Origin: Marsupella aquatica
Taxonomy: Eukaryota; Plantae; Marchantiophyta
NCBI GenBank assembly: GCA_973895155.1
Contig: OZ316892.1
Span: 4,112,410 to 4,176,409 of the forward strand
Direction: 5' to 3'
Length of the DNA: 64,000 nt
Notes under the pieces: generated by a model
Database searches by the model: none
Told to the model about the DNA's origin: nothing
Seen by the model: the letters and a program-made list of their open reading frames with translations, nothing else
Shown here: positions 24,601-35,900 of the stretch, in pieces
Layout: every line of letters begins with the position of its first letter
Numbering within the stretch: position 1 is the stretch's first letter
Position numbers and translations under genes: made by a program

Positions 24601-27196
24601 CCAATTTTCTTACAATTCGGCGATCGACCCTAATTTCCAAGTGGAAGACAAGACGGAGAAGCGAGATAAGAATAAGAGTAAGACAAGTAAGGAGACAGAG
24701 ACTGAGTCAACTTCGGCATTTCACATTGGAGATTTCTTACGAAAGGCTCCCATGTTTGAGATGGTGGGAAGTAGAGGTGGCTTTGTGAATATTCACGCTA
24801 AGCCAAAATGTATACTGCAGAGTATTATTGATTTTTTTTTGGCTGAAGGGGAGACTATACTTGACTTTTTCTCGGGAGGACAGGTTATGAAGGTGTCATT
24901 GTTGTGTTTCAGAGAATGCTTTGCGTATTCAGACACTGAGGATGAATATGATTTCACTCAGGCATATGGAAGGGTTCTCTGCGAGAAATTTCCTTCCATA
25001 ATGAGTGACCGGATGGGCGGTTCCAAATTTGGTAGAGCCCGTGATGGGGTTTCCAAGCATGTTGGCGCCAAAGAAGGCGTAGACCAGGGCGAAGATGAGA
25101 TTGAGGAAGGAGAATTGGGTCATGACACAGACGATAGGGTCACCCGAATTTTGGATGAACGTGGAACACAAGTGGTAGGTATTCCCTACTTTGGTGTGGG
25201 GTTGGCCGATTTTGTGGGTCAACCTGAGGGCGACCCACCAAGAAATCCCTTTGCCGGTGTAGAGAATTGGATGCACCAGGCGGACCCAAATCTTACATCC
25301 TCCACATCAGACGCACATTGGAAGGCAACCGCAGATGATCGAGGCAATATTGACGCAGTAGAATTGGGAGAAATGTCAGACATTGCGCTTGCTAAGGAGG
25401 ATGATCGTCAAGTACCTGAGATCGCTGCAAATGAAGAAGAGAAGGCAGGTGCTTCAAATCCTCCCCTGTCTCCTCTATATTGCTCATCAGAGACTAAATT
25501 GGTTTTTACAAGTGCTTCTACAGGAAGCCCCGTAGTATTATCATTTTCACAAAATTCTGGATCCGAGATCGACAGGACTGGATATATGAAAACAGTCGGT
25601 CCTGCAACTCATTTTATATGGAGAAATGGACCAAAGGTTGGAATGATAGAATCACTAGACGATGCTCCAAAGATAATGGCAAAATCAGATTACAAAAAAC
25701 TGAACTTGAGACTGAGCCCAGTTTTTGCACCCCCATCCTTTGAAGAGCAACTTCCCAGTGGTATCAATTCCGAGATACAGAGTGTTCTAGGTGATCAAAC
25801 AATAGATGAATTTGGGCATTTTAGCATTGGAAATTATTAGCCCTTTCTTTGGTTCTTGGTATTTTAATGACAATCTAAGCTTTGTCTTTGTAATAATATA
25901 CTTTTTTACAGACCAAAGTTCCATCGTAGAATCTCCTTCCTCAAAGGATTTTGTTGGCATTCCCTCGAAAAGCGTTGCTGTGGACGAAGGGTTTGACCCA
26001 GGTATACTTTGGATCTAAAAAATGACAAGTGAATGTAATTAATGTTTTTCTAGGAGGGTCGCCCCAGGGTCGTTCCTCTCTACTTCAAATGCTATAACAA
26101 AGTTTGTTTGATTTCAAATTTTGAGAGTTTTCCTCCGTAGTAATTGTTTAAACTTTGAGTCGCATTGACTAAAGGCTTATTTTAATGTTTCCAGAATTCA
26201 CTCCAATACTACACTCTCCGATCCGGCAAAAGCTCTTGGTTCTTGACCTTAACAAGATTTGTTGGGATTGCATTAAGACCAGAAGCTCAGGACCATGGCA
26301 AAATCAGACAAGTTTACGTGGTGTGCACTGGGGGAGACGTGGAGGGTTTAATTTCATGTATGTGGAGCGCCCATACCTCCACGAATTTCTATATGCAGCT
26401 TTCATGGTTTTTGACGTCGCAATTTGGACCTGTGCAAGGAGGCCAAAAACAATGGAGTTAATGGAGTTGATTTTCACTGAGGAGGAGCGACAGAAGTTCA
26501 AGTTTGTCTTTACTCAAGAAGATACCTTTGATAGTTGCATCCAAAGGCCAGATATAACAGATGGGAAGGCCAATTTACTTCTGAATAATTTGCAAACCAT
26601 TTGGGACCGTTTTCCAGAAAAATATGACGCTTCTAATACAGTTCTTATTGATGATTCTCCATTGAAGGCATTTTTGAATTATGACGTGAATGGACACTTT
26701 TTTGCCCGAGATATTATGGCCGTATCTTTGCAAATTGAGAAAGGCTTACTGCGTTCAACATTATATCACTGTCAACAATCCAAAGTGGTCTGTTTTCAAT
26801 TTATTAACAAGCAAGGAGGATCATGCTGCCATCTATGCTCTTTTGGAACAGAAGTGGGCAGATTGTCGTTGTATCCATAAGGAGTTTGGAACCATCTTGG
26901 ATGTGACTCCTGAAGAGATTCCTTGGGACGGAAAGAACGAGGTGCAGCATTACCCACCACTGGAGACGTGGACCACGGATGAGATCGAAGAAACTGCAAA
27001 CGCAATACTTGGAGACAACTATTCTGGTCCTCAAAGACAAAATAGAAGGCATTTTATTTGGAAAGTTCTCAGAACTAGGGATCTCACCAATAAGTTTAAG
27101 AACCACCATGCGAGAGATACTTGCAACCGTGACATCCGCTATGATAAATCAGGAAGCAAACTTTCTTGTTCAAATGAGTTTTGTCTTGATCATTAG
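21700..27196 (+). pseudogene. Spliced cargo gene: unknown N-term, ParB/Srx-like, N4/N6 DNA-MTase-like, acidic linker, FCP1/NIF HAD phosphatase-like (disrupted copy)
   Basis: Predicted exons ~21700-23227, 23562-25790, 25912-26001 and 26195-27196 with phase-compatible GT-AG introns. Motifs FLAISGQHSARAA, KPKCILQSIIDFFLAEGETILDFFSGG, KLLVLDLN..ERPYLHEFL..VAIWTCA..NTVLIDDSPLKA. Confidence 0.7.
23296..23475. repeat. Small inverted-repeat element inside the cargo-gene intron
   Basis: GCCTGGCCCCAAGGGC and GCCCTTGGGGCGAGGC are inverted with one mismatch; a related motif lies at ~23362. Confidence 0.5.
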
Positions 27197-27664
27197 GAGA
27201 TAGGGTTGCTCTAGTGCCTACCCTGAATTGTATATTCATATTATGTCAAAGGATATGTTTTGAACATGTAGGATAAAGTAAATAATTATGATATGCTTAG
27301 TGTGAGGCTCTCTCACTGGACTGGACAATTTAATAATTATATAGTGGGTCAATCTCATTTTGACCCTTGATTTATGACCATATATATTTTTTAATTTATA
27401 GATGGTCTGAGTGGTATTGGCCTCTGATTTTTGGACTAAATCAAATTTACTCTAATTTTTAAATTAATTAGAATATATGATTTAAGTTATTATTAAACAT
27501 TTGGGTGAAAAAAAACAAAATTTTGGGCGTTCAAAAGTGTATATTTGGGCTGAAAAAAATTAACTTTTGGGAATGCTTTAATAGAAATTTGGCTTGAAAA
27601 AAAAACTTTAGGGTTCATCTTATGGACTTTTAAAAGTACAATTTTAATGAAAATAGTGATATTT

Positions 27665-30600
27665 GCTCTAGGAGAGATTTTTCAGTTCTTACACGGTTTC
27701 CAACGGGTCAGTGTTGATGGGAAATGGAATCCCATGTCAAGTTGTTGGACTTGGATCTGTAAGATTTCAGATGTTTGATGGTGTTGTAAGAACGTTGAGG
27801 AATGTGAGACACATTCCCAGCATGATGAAAAATCTCATTTCACTTGGAGTTTTAGAAGCAAATGGCCATCAGTGGAGTTATGCTAATGGTGTCCTTCAGG
27901 TTTCAACTGGTACTAAAGTTGTATTGAAGGGAAAAAGACATAGCAATCTATACATTTTGGAGGGCAGTGTTGTTTGTGATGAAGCCAATGTAACCTTATC
28001 TCACGAGGAGACGGCCCGGGTGTGGCACTTCCGTTTGGGCCACATGAGTGAAAAAGGTTTGGCTATTCTTCAGAAGAAAGGATTACTTTCTAATTTGCAA
28101 TCTTGTAAGTTGGAATTCTATGAGCATTGTGTGCTTAGAAAGCAGCACATGAAACCCTTCAGAGTTAGAACTCACACCAACAAGGAGGTACTTGAGTATG
28201 TACATAGTGATGTGTGGGGTCCAGCCCCTACTCCCTCACATTCTGGATGATTATACTATGTCACGTTCATAGACGATTACTCAAGGTATGTGTGGATCTA
28301 CTTTCTACACAGTAAGTCTGATATTTTTGCCACTTTTAAGGAGTGGAAAGCCCAAGTTGAGAATCAGATTGGTAACAAGGTGAGATATCTTCGATCGGAT
28401 AACGGCGGTGAATACAGTTCCGGGGAATTTGGAATGTATTGTAAGGAGCAGGGGATTACCCGCCATCTCACAACAAGTTATACTCCTCAACGGAATGGTA
28501 TTTCTAAGAGACTCAACTGAACACTATTGGACCGCTCGAGGAGTATGTTGAGTCAATCATGCTTACCACATGAGTTTTGGGCTGAAGCTGTCAACACTAC
28601 AGCTTATTTGGTAAATTTTTCTCCATCAAGTTCTATTGGATTCAAGACGCCATTTGAAATGAGGTACGGGCGTCTAGCAGATTACTCACATCTAAGGATT
28701 TTTGGATGTGATGCTTATGTGCTTACACCTTCCCAGCTTCGATCCAAGCTGGAGTCCAAGTCGAAGAAGTGCATTTTCCTTGGCTATTAGAAAGGTGTGA
28801 AGGATTATAGGTTATGGGATCCAGTAACCTGTAAACTAATTGTCAGTAGAGATGTGTCCTTTAATGAATCCAGATCATCAAAGGAGGGGGAGAGTTCTCA
28901 GGACTCCCATACTGACAAGGGGAGATCTCCCATCCCGGACCGGGTTGAGGGGGAGATTAGTCATGATGATGTTTATGACAGGAGAGATGGAGAAGCTCCG
29001 GGCTTGGAGCTGGTTCCTGTGATGGAACAAGAGGAGCATATTGTTGCTGGGGTACCTCAAATTCAGCCAGCAGCAGCAACAGATCAGCCTAAGTCATCTA
29101 CTAGAAGAACTTCCAATCGTTCTAGTAGAGCTCCTACCAGGTATGGTCAATGGGCAGACTCATCTAAATTAGATGACATTGACATTGCACCCGATGATGA
29201 TGATGATATGGCTTTGATCTTGGAAGAAGGAGAGCCTTCTTCGTACAGTGAGGCTTGTGCTTCAGAGCATAAGCATGAGTGGAATGCTCGGTGGAATGCA
29301 GCAATGCAGAGGGAGTTGCAATCTTTGAGTGACAACAAGACATGGGAGCTGGTGGAGCTTCCAAGAGGTCAGCAAGTGGTGGACAGCAAGTGGATTTACA
29401 AGTTGAAGGATAGTCCTTCAGAGGGTGGAGACAAGATCTACAAGGCAAGGCTTGTTGCCAAGGGGTTCACTCAAGAGAAAGGAGTGGACTACAATGAGGT
29501 CTTTTCACCGGTGGCTAAGTATTCCACAATTCAGATCTTGTGTCAGCTTGTTGTGTTTTTTGGTCTGGTGATGGATCAGATGGATGTTGTTACTGCTTTT
29601 CTCTATGGCAACTTGGAAGAGTTGATCTTCATGAGATAGCCACTAGGCTTTATGAAGAAGGGCCAAGAGAACTTAGTTTGCAGATTGCTCAAGTTCTTGT
29701 ATGGATTGAAGCAGTCTCCCAAACAGTGGAACAAACGGTTTGATGATTTCATGCTTGCTCAAGATTTTACAAGGATGGTGTATGATCCTTGTGTGTATAC
29801 AAAATCAGTCAAGAATGATGTATTTGGTTTCATCATTCTAGTTATTTATGTGGATGACATGCTGATTGTGGCTAAAGATCAATCTGAGGTTGACAGTCTC
29901 AAGGCAAAATTGAGTGCTGAATTCAGGATGAAGGATCTTGGTAAGGCCAAGAGGATCTTAGGGATGGAGATTTTTAGGAACTCTGAGACTGGACAGTTGT
30001 GCTTGAGTCAAGGCCCGTATGCGAGGAAAGTACTTGCACGATTCAACATGGAGAACTGTAAGCCAGTGAGTATTCCTTTAGCTTCACATTTCAAGTTATC
30101 ATCGGCTTTCTCTCCTACGGATGCTGTGGAGAAAGGTCTGATGGCTAAGATTCCTTATGAGAAGGCAGTAGGCAGTGTGATGTATTTGATGACTTGTACT
30201 AGGCCTGACTTGGCCCTAGCGATGGGCAAGGTTAGCAAATTCATGTCAAATCCAAGGAATGTTCATTGGGAAGCTGTGAAGTGGATTCTCAAGTATGTGA
30301 AGGGAACACAGGACTATGGATTATTATTTGATAATAGATCAGATAGAACGTTGGTTGGCTATGTAGATTCTGACTATGGAGGCTGTCTGGACACAAGGAG
30401 GTCTACAACTGGGTTTGTATGCACTCTTGGAGGAGGATGTATCAGTTGGAAATCTACCTTGCAAAAGTGCATTTCTCAGTCTACTACAGAAGCAGAGTAT
30501 GTTGCAGCAGTAGAAGCAGCAAAGGAAGCAATTTGGTTGGACAAGTTGATCGCGTAGATGGGTTTAGAGCATGCCAAAATGACTCTAAACTGTGATAGTC

Positions 30601-30815
30601 AGAGTGCTCTTCACTTGGCTGCTAACCAGGTGATGGATAGCAGGGTGAAGCACATTGATATCAGGTACCATTTTATCAGGCAAGCAGTGTCTGATAAAAC
30701 TTTTGATCTAGTCAAGATTGATGGGAAGCTCAATCCTGCTGATGCCTTTACCAAAGTGATTCCTTTGGAGAGTTTCTCAAGACACTGTGCTACTTTGCAA
30801 GTTTTGCAGTTGTAG
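27665..30815 (+). pseudogene. pol: Copia pol: rest of protease, integrase, reverse transcriptase, RNase H, with in-frame stops
   Basis: WHFRLGHMS, VHSDVWGP, LRSDNGGEY, YKARLVAKGFTQ, LYGLKQSP, IYVDDML, YVDSDY, KHIDIRYHFIR, NPADAFTK. Confidence 0.97.
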
Positions 30816-31011
30816 TGCAAGTAGAGTTATTTAGCAATGTGTGACTATTTGTATATGGATTACTCATTCCTGTTTGGCTACGGCTTAGTTCTAGTTAACC
30901 CTTAGTTAACCCTTGTGGTTTTTAGGGGGAGACCTGGTTTGGTAATTGTCTAGAACTTCCCGCTGAGGAATCCATATGGTAGCATTTAGTCCAGTCCCCA
31001 AGATAAGAGTC

Positions 31012-31020
31012 AAGGGGGAG
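31012..31020 (+). promoter_or_regulatory. Polypurine tract
   Basis: AAGGGGGAG ends 2 nt before the 3' LTR. Confidence 0.85.
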
Positions 31021-31022
31021 TT

Positions 31023-31370
31023 TGTTAGATATTGCTCTAGTCTTGTGACTCATGAGCTAACCACAGTTAGTCTAACTCGGGTTAGGACTTAGCTAATGTT
31101 AGCGATAGTGTTGTGGTGTATATAACCAGGGCTGATGCCAGACCCTGGTGGAACTTACTAAGGCTCATTGTTACGGAGCTAGTTGAGAGATAGGGAGAGC
31201 TTGTGCTGTGGATGCTTGGTATGGCCGGTCGGCCTAGAGTGCAATAAAGCTCTTGTGTCTTCCCGTGGATGTAGCCTCATGTGGAGATGAATCACGTATC
31301 TCTCTGTGTCGACTATTGTGCGTTGGATGGTTCATGGGCTTGCCGTTACGAATGTCGTCTATGCTCAACA
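31023..31370 (+). repeat. Copia 3' LTR (348 bp)
   Basis: TG..CA copy of 7478-7821, followed by TSD CGAAC. Confidence 0.97.
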
Positions 31371-32918
31371 CGAACACAGCGCCCGGGCGTTGTGTTCAAA
31401 AGTTGAAAATTTAGTGTCCTTATACAAAAAAGCATGTTTTTTTCGAACACAACGTTACTTTTACACAACTCCCGGGCGCTTTGTTCGAATTTGGCATTGT
31501 GTTCGAGGATGACGTTGTGTTCGAACTTGGGCACTATGTTCGAGTGAGGGGTTTGCTGTCGTGTCTTTTGTTATAATGAAGTGTTCAAAGTTGACAGTAT
31601 GTTGGAGTGAGGACATTGTGAAAGCAATCTACAATGAGCTCACAGAAAGCAAATATGTTTCACATTATAATTATATGCTTACCATGGGATAACATTTGTT
31701 GACTTGGTGCATATTATTCATGGTTTGTAAGGTCTAATTTTGTGATACAAATCATTTGTTATCTGCCCATGTTGAATTCAGTGTTTAAATTAACTAAATA
31801 TTCACAATTTAACACTTATCTCTAACACATCAATTCTATCCTATAATTCCAGCTTATACCCCAATCCATACCCCAATCCAGCATATGCCTAAATTTGAAC
31901 ACAACGCCACTATTCAAACACAACATTAATTTTCAAACACAACGCCAATATTCGAACACAACACTACATGTTACAAAAATCCAAAACAAAGTGTCAAAAT
32001 TCAAACTAAACACCCAGGGCTCACTAATCGAATATAGCGTCCCTTGACTCACTATTCGAATATAGTGCCCGGGCGCTGTGTTCAGGGGAAGACGGTAGTG
32101 TAGAAGCTATCTGATCAGGTGGACAAATGGTGTGGGTATTATCCAAAAGTAATGAGAATATACATAAAGGGTGGCCAGTGGGCACTTGCCCGATATGCAG
32201 TTAAATGTGCAATGACCAAAAGAAGGATGCCCAAAGGATCTTCCTATCATGTACCCTTTGAAAAAAAAGAATGGCTCAAATAATGGTGTACTCTCCTATA
32301 GATGTAAGATGAAACTATACCAGGGGGCTCTCAAAACCATATATAGGCTAGATGAAATGGATATGTCATATGTCTAGATATGGAGCTCTCAATGTAAGAT
32401 ATATGGCCACTTGTGAGATTCTGTTGAAAGTTAGAGTCATCCACATAGCCTACAATCCAATCACTCCTCCAAGAACAACAACTGCAAACTGATATGGAGA
32501 TAGATGATCGGATAATGCACAACAATATTGTGATGATGATAGAGTCCAAGACACAACACATAAAAACTTCTCTCCAGTGCCAAGGGGGTGAAATCTAAAC
32601 CATGGCTAATAAGCAAGATGCTCCCAAAATCCGAGATACTCAGAGGCAAATGCCGTACTGCAGCACACTGATAAAGGGAAAACATCACGGATGGAAGCCT
32701 AAGTATTGGTCTTTAGTTGTTCAAAATAAAGCTCGAAAATGCTCAGAAACCCTACACTCTAAACCCCCTATATGCAAGCCCTTGGGCAGGCAGCCCTTAG
32801 TCTTTTATTTAAGAGAACTTCCTCTTGAGAGAACTTTACTTTATACATAGCAACTTCGGTAGAATGAGCCCAAATGGGGACTACGAACTCTGCTGTGAAA
32901 CTTTACTACGTCAACTGG

Positions 32919-35900
32919 TCAAGATTTGCAAATCGATTCGCTTTGGATCCTTTCCTCTTTACATCGAGGACAGGAGCAAACAAAACCATAATCAGCAAGC
33001 ATAGCCTGCCTATCTTCAAGGTCTGCATCTTCATCAATATAGCTTATTGTTATCTGCATGGAGGACAGTTCCAAGCAACCAACATTAGATATCCACCACT
33101 TGATATGTTCATAAAAAAATCCACACGACAAGTCAAGGCCAAAAACTAGAGCCAAATTAGACTCTCGATCTCAGACAAAGAATTCAGCTATAAATCGAAA
33201 ACCGTTATGTGCGAACCAAATCAGCGACACATCCCCTTTCTTTCGACACCAAGAGTTTCGTACGAAGTTGGGTAATCTCTCTTGTGCCTGTCAGAGGCAG
33301 TTTCTCGTAGTAGAGTCACGGATACGGTGAAATGGCCAAAGCTAGGGGGAAACTTATCTCAAAGGAAAGTACGGTGGATTCAACGAACTCATACGAGCCA
33401 CCTTTCACTCTTTTCAGTTAGGCCTAGCTGATAACTTCCCGAAGGATCACTTTTGATAATTCATACTGAAGATGCACTGGCAGACGAGCCACCAAAGAAA
33501 TATTCATCTTGGAAATTAGACTATGTTCATATGTAGTCTAAGGAGAAGAGCGAAGGAGAAGAGCGAAGGAGAAGAGCCGGAGGTACTGTACATACCTCCT
33601 CACCTTTCCTGATTGGCCTTGCTGCGAGCACCACAGCATGGCCATCCCTATCCTGGTGAATATCAATAACAGTCAAATTAGTACTGTTAAGGCTGGCAGT
33701 CAAAGTTAAGCTTCGCAGTTACATAAAGACGGGCATCAAGAGCAATATACTGCAAGACTCAAGACACTAGCACGAGAAAAGATAAATTAACGAACCTTCT
33801 ACATGACAGACATTACCTCTACAAATTTCGCTTTGAAACTTGTAAAACAAAACCTACCTCATCCCTCTTGAAGGCCTTGGCATTGGGCTGACAGGAATGA
33901 TTGATACAACTCTGTAGAGCAAAAAATCCTGAACCTGCAACATTGAAGCTGGGGTCAATTTCAAACCTTGAAGTGAAGCAAAACTTTGAGCGGAACCTGT
34001 GAGGCCCACAGACAACGTGGATCTTGCATGACATTTATCAGAGAAAGAAGCTAAGCAGAAATAACTTCGATGGACTAGTGAAAGGCAGTCAATAAACTTA
34101 AACAGCTGTCAATAAATGTTGCAAAGTTCAGGAAAGGGTACTACCTTGACAATAAGCTGCATATTCAGAACCCAAGGCATCTAAGAATGGCTTAACAATC
34201 AAGTCCGCTTCAGCCTGGTTACGAGATGTGACATGCAGAGATTTTAGCGAATTTAGTAATTGTCCATAATATTCTGTGCCGTCCAAAGAGATTGCCGTTT
34301 ACGAATGAGAAGAATGGATGCCACCGGGACCCAGAAACAAGGGGTAATTTTGAACAGCCGAACCTACTTTGGCCAAAGGTGGAAGATCATCAATGTATAT
34401 GAAATAGTCCTCCACTGGTGAAGCGACCACTATCTCCCTGAACATGTAACCAGCTAGAAAATTTGAGAGAGAATGTGAGCAGATTTATCTTCACAATGAA
34501 GAAAGCTTTTAGCTTATTTTCAAAAAGAAAAGTGAACATCTACAGGAGAAACCATTACAAGTTGTTTTGCTCGAACATGCCGATAACGTGCCCGTAAACC
34601 TCCATAGAAAATACTGAAGAATCCAGTTAAGGTTGGACATTGTCTACTACATTGAGATACCAACGTCCTTCAACAAAAGAAAGAACAAGCCCGGTAGAGA
34701 AAGAACAAGGCTAGGACTCCTTGATGCTTCCAACAATGATCCACAAGCACACTTTTACTACTCAATAGAGATCGAATGAAAATTTAAGGAATCGTACGTC
34801 TACTAGACTCGAGCTGGTTAAGGAGAGCAGAGAAAGGGAAAGAGTCGAGAAGGTAGTCGTTCACAAGGATACAAGGTGAAAACCCTTCTTCATAGACAGC
34901 TTCTTTCAAGTATTTCAAGGACTGCCAAACCAACATCCGACTGGATAAATTTCTGTACAAATTATGTATCCAAAAGTGTTTTCTTAATAAATAACTCATG
35001 AATACTTGTGCTGTCTTTAGTGTGGTTTTTCATCATTCATGATCAAACTCAAACTCTACCACCAGTATACTGTTCGAACATCTCGTTGCTTTAAAAGCTG
35101 GGAGCACACTAATAAAGCAAGTTGTTGCTGATATTTCCAACATTATGTTGATTCTTTCAAGATGACCTTTATATCTCAATCATTTTGGGAAACAAACCTT
35201 GGAGGCAAGCCCTTGTATCTGTTCTCTGAACGCTGTTTCCTCTGAGGAACTCATCCCGGATGGCAATGCAACAGCTTCCCACCACCTTCCACCCACACGG
35301 CAAAACGTTGGCAAAGTCAGTACATAGCAGGACCAACCAGCTGCTTTCACCCTAAATTAGACAGGCCAAACAGCTCCCTTAGAGCCGAATAATTACCTGT
35401 TGAGAACGCATCACACTTCAGATTATAGACTTCGGGATGAACCTTACAATTTCTTGTGGCCCATTGCAAAGGGCTCCCAAGCCTCCAGCAAAATATCGAG
35501 ATCGTCTTGTTCTTGGTCAAGACCTGTCAGCTTCCTCCGATTTTGATGTTCACATTTCTCATTCTTTAGTCTCCGTCCTTGCAAGATAGTCCCCGAGATG
35601 ACCTACAGGATTCAGGCCCAACACTTACCCAGGATTACTTATGCTCCGTTAAATAAAAACTTACAAGTCATGTCGTCACACGGCAATCGATATTTACATA
35701 CCTGGGCAGCAACATGAAATATGTCATTGGTTTCTGCACACGATAACTCGATGTTACAAACAAACATCAATTTTTTTCCAAATTCGAGCAATCGGATATT
35801 AATATATGAATGTAGTGGAACTACACAGGGCGCACACGTGTTCTTGACAGCGCATAAATACGTGAATCAGTTTTATAAGGATTCTCAATCCCAGTCCCAA

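Larger units (their letters stand above)
10458..27660 (-). mobile_element. 17,203-bp TIR DNA transposon (Sola-like DDE) with cargo, inserted in the copia protease
   Basis: TIRs ATCACTAT(A/T)TTCATTAAAA at 10458-10476 and 27642-27660. 4-bp TSD ATTT at 10454-10457 and 27661-27664. Excision restores protease CAC ATT TGC TCT (..SFHICS..). Confidence 0.93.
7478..31370 (+). mobile_element. Full-length Ty1/copia LTR retrotransposon (Tnt1/Tork-like), ~6.7 kb without the nested insertion, decayed
   Basis: Paired TG..CA LTRs, 5-bp TSD CGAAC (7473-7477 and 31371-31375), PBS, PPT, and gag-PR-INT-RT-RH order. Confidence 0.97.
7462..32095. mobile_element. ~0.74-kb non-autonomous TIR element (Tc1/mariner Tc2/pogo-type MITE), interrupted in its left TIR by the copia element
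   Basis: Removing the copia and one TSD gives the left end TA|CCGTTTTCCCCCGAACACAGCGCCCGGGC. The reverse complement of the right end is TA|CCGTCTTCCCCTGAACACAGCGCCCGGGC. The body (31376-32095) has many TTCGAACACAAC-like subrepeats. Confidence 0.75.

Noticed and set aside
21700-27196. Bacterial or phage contamination as the source of the MTase-like gene
   Set aside because: It has spliceosomal introns with compatible phases and sits inside TSD-bounded plant transposons.
10460-27658. Reading the giant element as a CACTA because CACTA..TAGTG lies 2 nt inside its ends
   Set aside because: The flanking 3-mers (TAT and ATA) do not match, and only the ATCAC..GTGAT boundaries with an ATTT TSD restore the copia protease. 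The transposase is not Tnp2-type.
7457-32100. Reading the outer MITE as a CACTA element (right end reverse-complements to CACTACCG)
   Set aside because: The left end reads GACTA and the 3-bp flanks differ (GAT and TAG). TA-flanked CCGT termini fit better, though this is not fully excluded.
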